Shown: piece after piece, positions 38,301 to 49,075 of the stretch
Layout of the letters: each line of letters starts with the position of its first letter
How positions within the stretch are numbered: position 1 is the stretch's first letter
Origin: Perna viridis
Lineage: Eukaryota
Direction: 5' to 3'
DNA: 64,000 bases
NCBI GenBank assembly: GCA_037379345.1
Contig: CM074515.1
Coordinates: 15,252,001-15,316,000 of the forward strand
Translations under genes and position numbers: made by a program
Notes under the pieces: model-generated
What the model saw: the letters and a program-made list of their open reading frames with translations, nothing else
Database searches by the model: none
What the model was told of the DNA's origin: nothing

Positions 38301-39077
38301 AAACTTCCCTCATTTAACAAATAATCCCAGCCCTCTCCTTGAGACGAAAATGGCCCTTGCCATTAAAAGTGTTTATATATTTAAGTCACTGATTCATGAA
38401 TGATTAATTAGAAAATATACTTGCCTGTGATATTTTTGTATAAAAAAAAAAAATATTCCAAATTTTAGGAAAACAATTTATGCCCAGCCATTGGGAGAAA
38501 AAAATGTAATTCAATATTTCCTCCCATTTTTTATCAATGTACATTTTCATATACAAAATTAACTTTGGCTGCTGCTTAAAAAAAACAAGTGACTTTTGTA
38601 CTTTTATGTATAAACTTTCCTCATTTTACCAAAAAAATCTTAGCCCTTCCCTTGAGACAAAAATGGCCTGTGCCATTAAATGTGTTAATGTATTAAAGTC
38701 AGCAAAGTTTTTATATGATTTCATGAATGATTAATTAGATTTGTTTCGAAGGTGAAAAAAATATTATAGATTTACACTTTAATTTTTGCATAATGCAATA
38801 TTCATTTTTGATCTATTGCTAAAGTAAGAGTTTTTATTACTAGTTTTTATTACTCTAAATGTACTTAAAATGAAACTTTCATCAGGAAAAATGTTGTCTA
38901 TAATCAGTTATGGACAAAATAAGGCATATGATTCTCCATCCAGTATTTGATGCTATTTTTGCTAAAATAAGTTATCTCCCTTTGTAGAATCTGTAAGCAT
39001 TCTGGTTTTTTTTTACTATTTTAGACAAGGCCTTACCAGCAAATATGGTATGTGGCTTACAAGATCCAGTCAAATGA
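32316..39077 (+). CDS. ETHE1: Persulfide dioxygenase ETHE1, mitochondrial (metallo-beta-lactamase fold); 7 exons, 307 aa
   Basis: Exons 32316-32555, 33197-33341, 35567-35752, 36493-36585, 37108-37197, 37721-37837, 39025-39077. All GT-AG and phase-consistent (924 nt). Motifs [90 protein letters not shown]. The basic N-terminus resembles a mitochondrial presequence. Confidence 0.97.
35238..35454. mobile_element. MITE in ETHE1 intron 2
   Basis: TIRs cagtgttctaggatt / aatcctagaacgctg, flanked by a direct aacat repeat. Confidence 0.65.
37891..38098. mobile_element. TA-targeting MITE (CTGT...ACAG termini) in ETHE1 intron 6
   Basis: ta|ctgtgaaagta ... tactttcacag|ta. Confidence 0.75.
38130..38737. 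repeat. ~300-bp tandem duplication in ETHE1 intron 6
   Basis: aaaatattccaaattt...cagccatt...atcaatgtacattttcat...cttgagac.aaaatggcc...catgaatgattaattaga occurs twice (38130-38412, 38435-38737). Confidence 0.85.
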
Positions 39078-40054
39078 AAGGAAAGACCGAGATACACTGA
39101 TACACTGTTTGTAAACTCATCAAACATCATTTTACAAGAAAAAAAAATCACAGTTAATGTGCATTCCAGGAATGAACTGTGGTACTGGAAACTTGATATT
39201 TTTGTACTTATACTTTGATTTTACAAAGCCAACCTTTCATTTTCATGTACATGTATTGATATATACTGGTACAATGTTATTATTTTCTATATCTATACTC
39301 AGAGGAAGATACTATGACCTTGTTATGCACTTGATATATTATTATGTTGCCTATGAATTTTCTCCATTGTTAGATAGGGCTGTTTGAAAGGAACTAAGGC
39401 TTAATAGAACATGTCCTCATTCCAAACTGTCTGTTAGTTACAATTTCCCTGGTCCTGGTATAAGAAATACTACTACAACCTAAGAGATTGGAAGTCCATT
39501 AATCCATACCAAATCAGAAAACAGCTTGCCAGACAACCTCTATCATTGCTGGAGTACAGATATCCCAATATAATGTACTCAGTGGTATATTTTTTCTTAT
39601 ATGATAAATCTAGTATTGAATAGATATTTTTTATTGAATTTTTAATCTCCAATAGAAGCATCCAATTTCCTATTGCCTCTCCATATTTTTGCTATGCTTC
39701 TCCATTGCCAGGTTACTACTAGTTATGTGTCACACAATCAATGAGCCTCATGATCAAAAACTACAAGTCAACCATTTGGTTGAAAATAGACTGTGTGTAA
39801 GATATACCTATATGCTGGGCCCAGTCATAGTGGGACTAAAATTTTTGTAGACCTCTGTTAAGAACAGATGTAATTTATGAATTGGTGTGTTTCCTGCATG
39901 TTATGTTTTGAACATGACTTGAGTTGTGCTCACTAGTTTTTTATTTACTAATATATTATATACAAAAATGAAAAAAAATATAGAAATACATGCATAAAGT
40001 GTTTATTTTAAAGCCTTTGCTTAACTTTTCTCTGTCTATTGTAGCTTTAAAAAA

Positions 40055-41165
40055 AAAACCGTCATTTTTCATCTTTCAAGGGCATTAACTCTTATAATGA
40101 GTCGCCTGACAACTTTGATCCCAGAAGACTTTTGAAGGCCCTATAATAAGGGTCATTTCAGCAATTGAAATAATTTTGCTAACCCTAACGGTTTTGGATA
40201 TATATGGGAAAAACTACTGTCTGACCCCTTTGTTCTGTTTTTAGTAATGGTGGCCATGTTTTTCAATGGATCAAAAATCCCCTCATCAGTACTATGTAGG
40301 ATACCCCAAGGAACATTCATACCAAGTTTGGTTCCAATTGGTCAAGTAGTGTCAGAGGATAAGATTTTTGACAGAAATAATAATAATAATAATAATATTC
40401 TTTATTGGCACAAACACAATTACAATAATTGATATATAAAAGAGTAACATATATAGTAGCGGTATACATGTAAATAGAATATTAATCAAATGTTATGAGA
40501 AGAGATATTTGTTATGAAATAATTTTTTTTCTGATAGAAAAAACAATATCTAAAAAATTAGTGATAATCTTTAGTATAGTATATGAATCACTGAATAGAC
40601 ATTGTTTCGGTGTGTAGTAATTAATTGAATCAATATCTTTTTTGAGGATATTTGATAATTTGGACATAAATTGACTTCTAACTTTGGAGTATTTTTCTTA
40701 TTTTAGCAAAAAATGTAATTCATCTTCAACCTCCCCAGAGTTGCAAACTTACATAATCTCTCGTTTGCAGGAATTGATAGATGACGGCCTTTTTCTATTT
40801 CCAAATTATGGCTACTGATAACATTAAAAATAGCAAAAATTGTGGAAAACGGGCAATAACTCCAACTTGGCTTAAAAGATTACATATGAAAATTTAACCT
40901 TAGATATATCTCATCATACGGAACACTTTTACCCCATCTCAGAATTTGGCTAAACTTAACGGTTTTGGAGATATATGCAAAAACTACTGTCTGACCCCTA
41001 TGTTCTATTTTCAGTAACGGCGGCCATATTTTTCGACGGATCAAACCCCTCACATCAATTCTATGCAGGATACCCCAAAGAACATTCATACCAAGTTTGG
41101 TTCCAATTGGTCAAGTAGTGTCAGAGGGAATGAGTTTTGAAAAATTGTTAACGACGACGACGAGC
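40055..41165. mobile_element. Helentron-associated (HINE-like) element fragments with an internal repeat, split by a LINE 3' end
   Basis: The block aaactactgtctgacccct...ataccccaa.gaacattcataccaagtttggttccaattggtcaagtagtgtcagagg is duplicated at ~40210-40360 and ~40980-41128. It carries gggcaataactc motifs shared with 52481-53618. Confidence 0.6.
40375..40780 (-). mobile_element. CR1/L2-type LINE 3' end with (TTA)n tail
   Basis: Minus strand reads PANERLCK.(C)NSGEVEDELHF, the C-terminal Cys motif of CR1/L2-group ORF2. AATAAA and a trinucleotide tail at 40377-40406. Confidence 0.7.
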
Positions 41166-42204
41166 GGGAAGTATATAGTGATCATGATGGCTGTAGATTT
41201 ATTCCCAGTTCTAAAAGACGACTTTCACATTTGCCGAATCTGGTGGAAAATGGTTTACGGTTTTATACCAGACAAAGAAATAATATCGGATTCAAAGGCT
41301 AAGAACAGTAACAGTGATGTGGAAATACGTCTCCGAACATCAAAATATGGGAAATGCCTCTATAATATATGTATCATTTAAATATTCATGACAGTAATCG
41401 AATCAAGGTTCTGGTCCCTTGGCTTCCATTGCAATGTCATCCAATCTTTCGCCTGCTGGCCCCATTTGACCTCGATATTTTTTAAGAACTTTCCCGGAAT
41501 GGAAGTGAATGTGAAGTCATCTATGGAGTAGGATGAAGCTTGACTAATTCTTTTTCACATGATGCCATAGTGCATCTCTTGTTATGTTTTTCCTACATTT
41601 TTGGGGTTTCCTGATGCAAAATATTGAGATATCACTCTCTAGTTTTAACTTGTGGTTCGTTTTTATTTGGATGTCAGGGTCAATGTTACTAAATAAATAG
41701 ATCTCCAGAACATAATTGAAGATATCACCTTTTGCTTGGTGGTAGTATGAGTGTAATGTAGTACTTTGGTTATTTTTTACTTGACCAAGTCATATTTCAC
41801 CTCTATTAATTATGTAATGGTACTTTACCCACTATATCTACTCATTCTTTTAAGCTGAGTTATACATTTGAATAAACTGAGCATTAGGGGTGCTGGTAAC
41901 AGCAAACTATTTGATATGACGAGTTAATAGTGGCAGGCCAAGAGATTTACTAAAGAGTGTCTCAAATCTGGACCCCAGTTCCAAAGAAAAATATGCACCA
42001 TATTAACTTTTACTACAGATACAAATCCTGAATAATGTCATTGCATTTTGCTTGATTGTTTATTGAATTACATTGCTTTATGACTATATTTTAATGTTGT
42101 AACATAAACAAATTAACATTTAAAAAATCTCTCAACCAAAAGGAAAATGTCCCCTTTTGGATCTGCCTATGCAATCATATATAAATATACATGTACATAC
42201 TATA

Positions 42205-43833
42205 TTAGAAGAAGAACATTATACATTGGAATATAGAATTTCCATTCTTATTAATATCAAAGTACAATTTCTTTGTATCTTCAGGATCTTCCCATGCATA
42301 TACATCCAAGAATTCACCTTCTAAAGCTTCACCATAGTAATGCAATTGAACACACGACAGACCATTTTTATAGTTTTCTTCAAAATGTTTAAGCGTTCCC
42401 TTTTTACTGCAGAGATGTGCACAATCAATAGCATACCTTGCATAACTTGTCCAGTTAGCATGATTGTAAGCATCTGTAAACGTCCATGTTACCTGAAATC
42501 GTTGACAGCCTATATTTGGTGGTCGTTCAAATTTATCAATTTTAAGTGATGGCATTCCTCTGGCGGATTCTGCATATTTAGTTTTCCACCATTCGGGTAG
42601 AGCTGAAGGTTTCCGTGTATTCGGATCGATATAGACTACTTGGTTAACATTTGTCATGATTTCTTCATCACTTGATTCCAGACAGACGGACGTATGGGCA
42701 TTTAAGGATGTGTTTCCGATGTAACCACCCTTCACTTTCACCAACATTGGTTCATTAATGTTTGATAGATCATATAACGGTTTGAAAAACTTTAATTGGC
42801 CTGTGATTAAAAACGTCATATGGTTTTTAGTGAGTTCCTGAAAATCACGGAATGTTTCCCCAGATTCGTTCATTTTTGCATGATGGATAAATATTCTAGT
42901 ACTGGAACAGAGGGACATCAATTCCCATAGTTTAGGCTTTCCTGAAAATAATTTGTAAAATGTGGTAAACAATAATATTCCAATAATAATCAAGACAAAT
43001 CGGTAAGGACATCAGTTGTAAAGAAAAACTAACATTAAAGTACACAAGAAACAAGTACAAGTCTGATTTGCCTTTTAGTTGCGAATCAATGGTCTTTCGT
43101 GGAATTATCCATAAATATAAAGCTTAACAGAAGTATCATTACGATCCTTTATCTGTATGAACACTCAATTGATTAACAAAAAGAACGCACATTGTTTCCG
43201 ATAATTTAATATGCAATATGCCAAAAAGAAAAAAAATGCTTCGTGGGGTACAGCTTCTGTTCGGGCATATACATATAGACACTAATTTCAAGTGAAAAAC
43301 GTTTCCAAAATCTCATTGCGATAGCATATACAGATGCCAAAAATATTTAATACTTACAATTAAACATCACTGTCTGAAATCGGACGAGATATATAATCAC
43401 GTTATAAAATCGGTCATAAGCAAGTTATACAAAGTTTTATAAATAGTTCGATTTGCTGTCTTGTTTGGAGATGATTGTATCATTTGGTCCTTAATTTTAA
43501 TACGATTTGGACCACGACCAACAAAACTAATCCTTTTTTTACGGTGTATAACGATTACATTAATATGTACATGTATATATTCGCTGCAACATGGGTTTGC
43601 TGCAACTATCAAATATACAGCCTATAGTCTTAAATATACACAGACTACCCGGGCTGCATTTGATTGTGGGATTAAGAAGCTGAACATTACGCTCATCAAA
43701 AGTGACTAATAAAAGTACCATTTTTATCAAAGTCTCTAAAACTGAGTCCAGGGTGTCTCATTGTGGCCTTAACAGTATTGTTGTCTGCAGATAATAACTT
43801 CCAGTCTTTCCGCTCAATGAATTCCGGAGGCAT
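42205..43833 (-). CDS. Double-hotdog-fold thioesterase-like protein (acyl-ACP thioesterase/4HBT-like), 283 aa
   Basis: Coding exons 43833-43719 (MPPEF...PGLSFRDFDKN) and 42941-42205 (GKPKLWEL...QCIMFFF*), phase-1 GT-AG intron, 852 nt. Acceptor at 43838 implies a 5' UTR exon further upstream. Motifs IGNTS, VYIDPNTRKPSALP, TDAYNHANWTSY, YYGEALEGE. AATAAA (minus strand) at 42059-42064. Confidence 0.85.
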
Positions 43834-44354
43834 TCTTCTGCAAATAATGAAACTAAATAATAACAACACTGACTAAAATACAAAAAAAGAACTGCATTTG
43901 ATTACATGATTAATCCATTTTCCTTTATATACCCCCACAAACAAAGTTTGGGGGTATGATACATGTATTTAGAAATCACCTCAACTGTCTGTTTCCATTC
44001 GACTGTTCACATTTCTTGCAACAACTCAAGGGAATTCAATAACAAAAAAAATCGAAGGTTGGGCATTATATTATGGAAGAAAAAATGGAAATCAGCGAGA
44101 AAAAAAAAACAAAAAATTGTACCCAAAAAATTAAAATCTGTTCAAGCGTTTTTAAGCTATCGACGTAAACGGACAACAGCCAATGGCATGCTATAATACG
44201 ACAGGGCGTGTCGTATAATTCTGGGTCCGGCCGGATACAAAATGTAAAGATTTTGGGCCCGCCGCTGCCTATAATTTTGGGTCCGTCCTGCATATGAGTG
44301 GGTATATATTTTATTAATGTATTAAAAATATTTTTACTCAGCTTAACAAGACAA

Positions 44355-45993
44355 GACCACATCTCCATCACAAAAACTTTACCAACAAAATTCCCCCATA
44401 TTTCAAAGATAAATCCATACCAATTATTTCATATTCCTATACTTCACCCATTGCATCCAAAATTTTCAATTATAAAAGGCTATCGCAGAACCTCGAGATT
44501 GAGGACTTCAAGGCTAAACTACCTGACTGTTCTTGCAAAAGCTCTCCAATCAAATATGGTCTTTCTGGTCACGTCGTTACGGGAGATTTAACCATCATCG
44601 AAAACGAATCTCTGTATAATATTCTTTTTCTAAAGGCCCCAAGTACCGCGAACCATGCTCCATAAATTGGAATTACAACTTTAAAGTTCTTATGGATGGC
44701 GTCGAGGACTATGCAAGAAAATGGATAAATCGAGAACAAGACATTGATTCCCTGTCAGAGTGGTTAAAGGCCGTGAAACGAATGAGAGTTTTAAGTAGGT
44801 CAATGAGTGCCAAGGCTACAAGACCCCGATGTAGCAAAAACATTGTCTACTATACATGAAAAGTATGTTGTCGTACCAGCAGACAAAGCACAAAACAACA
44901 TTGTTTTTTGTCTGCAAAACGTTTTACATCCAATGTTTATTCTCAGAGGTAGACGTAGAAAATAATAGCAGTGATAAGACTTATACTGCTACCACACTGT
45001 CCAAAGAAGAGATTGTGGAAAACCATAAATCTGTGCTATCCTCTTTTGGTCTCTCTACCAAGGACGATGATTGTGATTTACCGTCTATGTACTGGATTCC
45101 TAAACTCTACAAGAGTCCATACAAACAACGTCTCATATCTGGATCTGCAAAATGTACCACCAAACCTCTTTCAAAACTTTTAACTTCTATACTCAAAACT
45201 GTCAGAGAGGGTCTGCAGTCCTACCACAACACTTGTAACTCCCGTAGTGGTATTAATTCAATGTGGATCCTGAAAAATTCGAAAGATCTTTTGGAGACTA
45301 TCAATTCAAGACTATTTTCTGAATATAATAGCATTATGATTTTTCAACACTGTATACTTCTATTCCCCATACTCAGTTAAAATCGCGACTTAAAAACATA
45401 CATCGTTGTTATCAAATTTCAAATTATCTTCAAAATATACAGAGGAAGATGTTTACAAAATGCTGGAAATTTTAATCACCAACAAATTTGTCCAGTGTGG
45501 TGGACGTGTTTTTTCAACAAACGGTCGGCATTCCAATGGGAACAAATTGTGCTCCTTTACTTGCTGACCTATTCCTTCACTCTGATGAGGTTGAGTTTAT
45601 CTGATGATCTGATCCGAAAGAAAGAATATCGTTTGGCTAGATCCTTAAATCTCGGTTTCCGCTATATAGATAACGTATTATCTTTAAATAATCCAAATTT
45701 CGGGGATTTGATACATCGCATCTACCCCAAAGAACTTGAGATAAAAGATACTACAGACACTGTGAAGTCAGCCTCATACCTTACCTTGACCTACACTTAG
45801 AAATCGATGGTAAAGGAAAACTACTGACCAAACTTTACGACAAACGTGATGACTTTTCATTCAGAATTGTCAACTTTCCTTTCATCTGTAGCAACATCCC
45901 TTCAGCACCTGCGTATGGAATTTTCATATCACAACTAATACGTTATGCCAGAGCTTGCCGAAACTACGCACACTTTTTGCATCGCGCTAGCAC
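44355..45993 (+). mobile_element. Longest Naiad-type Penelope-like element in the window (CxC linker plus RT; frameshifted)
   Basis: Colinear remnants: IPPYFKDKSIPIISYSYTSPIASKIFNY, PDCSCKSS...GHVVTGDL (CxC at 44528-44536), KGPKYREP, VVVPADKAQNN, LPSMYWIPKL, MWILKNS, YDFSTLYTSIPH, GIPMGTNCAPLLADLFL, FRYIDNVL, KLYDKRDDF. The CxC linker upstream of RT is characteristic of N-terminal-EN (Naiad) PLEs. Confidence 0.88.
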
Positions 45994-47513
45994 TGAAACC
46001 TGAAGATTTTTTAATTTACCTACTTGCGACAACCATGAAATACATCGATGAAAGTACCATGAGGTAAACGTCTGTGAACAATACAGGAATATTATGCAAT
46101 AAAATATGCATGTAAAATCTTAGTAAGAAAGTGGAACAAAAAGATCAAAACACGGACCATTAACACGTACAAGGTGACCGCCACCCCTTGTCTCGCCCAC
46201 CTGTACCTATATAATTCAAAAGACGCGAAAATCTAATGTCACAGTAGATATGCAGAATACAGGACATTTTAGTAGCTAGAAGTAAACATATTTCCAAGTC
46301 GGACAATGGCTTGTATACTACAAGTATATAGTTCAAGACGGAAATAATGGAGTCCGTTAAAAGTCTTGTTGGATAGTTTAATTGATGAAACTAAATTGAT
46401 ACAGACCTATTCTTTTATAATCCAAATGAAACCGTTTGAAGCATTATGTTTAAGAGTTAGTGGTGAGGTTTTCGTTTTTTTTTTTTCGACTTCGGATATT
46501 ATAGGGTGGAATGATAGAAATGGACAAATGCCCCAGAGTAAAACCTAAATACAAAATAGTTGATACTTTCATAGATCACCAAAAGGTCTTCAACAAGTGT
46601 AAGCACACCTTTGAGTAATTATACTCTGAAAAGTAATAAAATCAAGGTAACAGAACGACGACACTTCTTCAAAATAAACAAAAAAGTTAAATGTGGACAA
46701 TCGCACGTCTGCTCTGTGGTCAAACTTTTTATTTATAAGGCCTTAACCACATTCTTTAATGTAGGTAAAAATGGAACCAAAACAAAAAAAACACATTATG
46801 AAATTCACTAAATAATACATCTTATTCTTTCCATGGAATATCTCAATATATATCATTAATTATGACCATATTATGACAGAGTACACAAGAAGGTATCCAC
46901 TTACAGAAAGCTAACTAGCTCAGAACATGTTGAAGAATTGCAATACCATCAAAACTACCAGCAGGAATAAAGGCTGACTAAACGTTGGAAACCCCACTCG
47001 TGATAACATTCTTATAGATACAATGTAAATTTAAACTCAGAGGATCATATATAGTTGGATATAGAAAAATACACTCATTGTACTATGAAATCAGGGCGGC
47101 CAATAGTTCAGATTATATTTTAAAATAGTATCGAAAGTCAGTTTAGTTCTATAACATGAATCCATGCATGTTCTGTTTATCTTCCAGTCAAAATTTAATG
47201 TCTATCTGTAAGCAAAATATGAATATCTTATAAAAAACATGAAAGATAAATACTAAAATGTGAGGTTTTATGTAGATCTAAGATATAAAGTATTTTGATG
47301 GGTAAAACCCAAAACATGAAGTAGTAAGTCTTAAATTCATATTAGTTTGTTTATTGTGCACGTGTTTTCATAATAAATGTCTATGTGCACACAATATTAG
47401 ATGTTCCCTGACAATTAAGCTACTTTCTGTTTAAGTGCATCTTCACAATGTCAGGGCTCCTGTGTTCACTTGTGTCTGAGCCCTGACATTGTGAGGAGGA
47501 GGAGTGTGTATAG

Positions 47514-47985
47514 AAGAGTAATCAAGGGAACCTAGGTTATAGCAGTAATCAAAAGAATGTAATCCAGGGACAAAGACCAGACATGGAGAACAGACATACA
47601 CAACAAAGAACACAAAGTAACTAAAACCATACATACAAAGTAACAAAAGCAAATGAACAACTAGGACTCCACTAAAAACTGGGAGCATGGACCAGGTGCA
47701 CCGGTAGGGTAAGTGTCCTCTGCTTTTCTAGAAACACCCGCCGAGTTGCTCATAAAAAGTCAAGTCCAGGGTAGACAAACGAGGATAGGAAAACTATGAC
47801 CCGTTGAATAAATCAGTTTTCATAGTGCAGATGGATACACCATAACGATCCACGAGTTCATGATGACGACCATAAAACTTCTGTAGTGATGACTTCAATA
47901 CCCTGTTCCAGAAGCCTATTTGTTAGAGTTCTAGCGCGATACAAAAAGTCTGCGTAGTTTCGGCAAGCTCTGGCATAACGTATGA
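47514..47985 (-). mobile_element. Naiad-type PLE thumb plus complete 3' UTR, inverted
   Basis: Reverse complement of the region from ..IRYARAC to the terminal gattactct. Confidence 0.9.
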
Positions 47986-48047
47986 AGCATTCCGTAAAGG
48001 ACTTGATGGATATCAAACAAAGTTAACAGAACTGCATGCGCTATGAG

Positions 48048-48144
48048 TACTCCAACAACGTAAGAGGTTGGAATTCCGTTCCTCCACACCCCAACACCAA
48101 GTCAGAAAATAGCTTGCCAGACAACCTCTAGCATTGCTGGAGTA
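48048..48144. mobile_element. ~95-bp mini-MITE; related copy at 39471-39556
   Basis: Imperfect TIRs tactccaacaacgtaagaggttg / caacctctagcattgctggagta. The internal cagaaaa.agcttgccagacaacctcta is shared with the copy downstream of the ETHE1 stop. Confidence 0.6.
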
Positions 48145-48331
48145 GTACTATGATGTAGGTCGCCCTATATCTCCAATGGTCAAGGAGTAGTTCTCAACAA
48201 TTCTCGCCAACCAATTTTTCGTCTTTTCCTGTCAAACAAGTTTATGTTCGGAATTTAAGACAAATCGTCTTACAGATTGCTGAAATTTAACCACAAAAAA
48301 TGAGCTAGAATACAACGATTTTCATTGAGGA

Positions 48332-49075
48332 AATAATCCCTTTTGGGATTCAGTGTCCGGAGCTATTTTCTGATGTGGCCGCCCACTGAATCCCTTACCA
48401 ACGCCGCAAATTTCATTCTGGAAAATTGGAAAATTTTACCAGACCTCGGAACTGAACGTTTTACATCACATTCTTCACTGGGCACACTCAAACAAGTAGG
48501 GGCTCGATTTTATATACATTTTTCTCTTTGAATCATCTTGGTTTATGATGTTTACTGCCATATTTCAGCAGATACAGCCAAAAGTTTTAGCGATATCGTT
48601 TCGTTTCAATCGGGCGCCGCCATTTTTTGTTTCTATAAGGCAGGTGATCTACTTTCAATACAAACAAAAAATGGCTGCGCTCGATTGAAACGAAACGATA
48701 TCACTAAAACTTTTGGCTGTATCTGCTGAAATATGGCAATAAACATCATTGAAAGTAGATCACCTGCCTTATATAAACAAAAAATGGCGGCGCCCGATTG
48801 AAACGAAACGATATCACAAAAACTTTTGGCTGCATCAGCTGAAATATGGCAATTAACATCATAAACCAAGATGATTCAAAGAGAAAAATGTATATAAAAT
48901 CGAGCCCCTACCTTGTTTGAGTGTGCCCAGTGAAGAATGTGATGTAAAACGTTCTGTTTCGAGGTCTGGTAAAATTTTCCAATTTTCCAGAATGAAATTT
49001 GCGGCGTTGATAAGGGATTCAGTGAGCGCCACATCAGAAAATAGCTCCGGACACTGAATCCCAAAAGGGATTATT
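48332..49075. repeat. ~740-bp foldback palindrome (arms ~330 bp)
   Basis: 48332-48659 is the near-exact reverse complement of 48748-49075. The ~90-bp spacer is itself a third copy of part of the arm. Confidence 0.92.

Noticed and set aside
32316-43833. Functional ETHE1-thioesterase gene cluster
   Set aside because: Convergent neighbours in a eukaryote. Adjacency alone gives no evidence of co-regulation without synteny or expression data.
46570-46690. Sequence shared with 61460-61590
   Set aside because: Short dispersed repeat fragment with no definable termini or coding signal.
48343-49064. Mirror-image ORFs on both strands
   Set aside because: A by-product of the palindrome with no coding signature.
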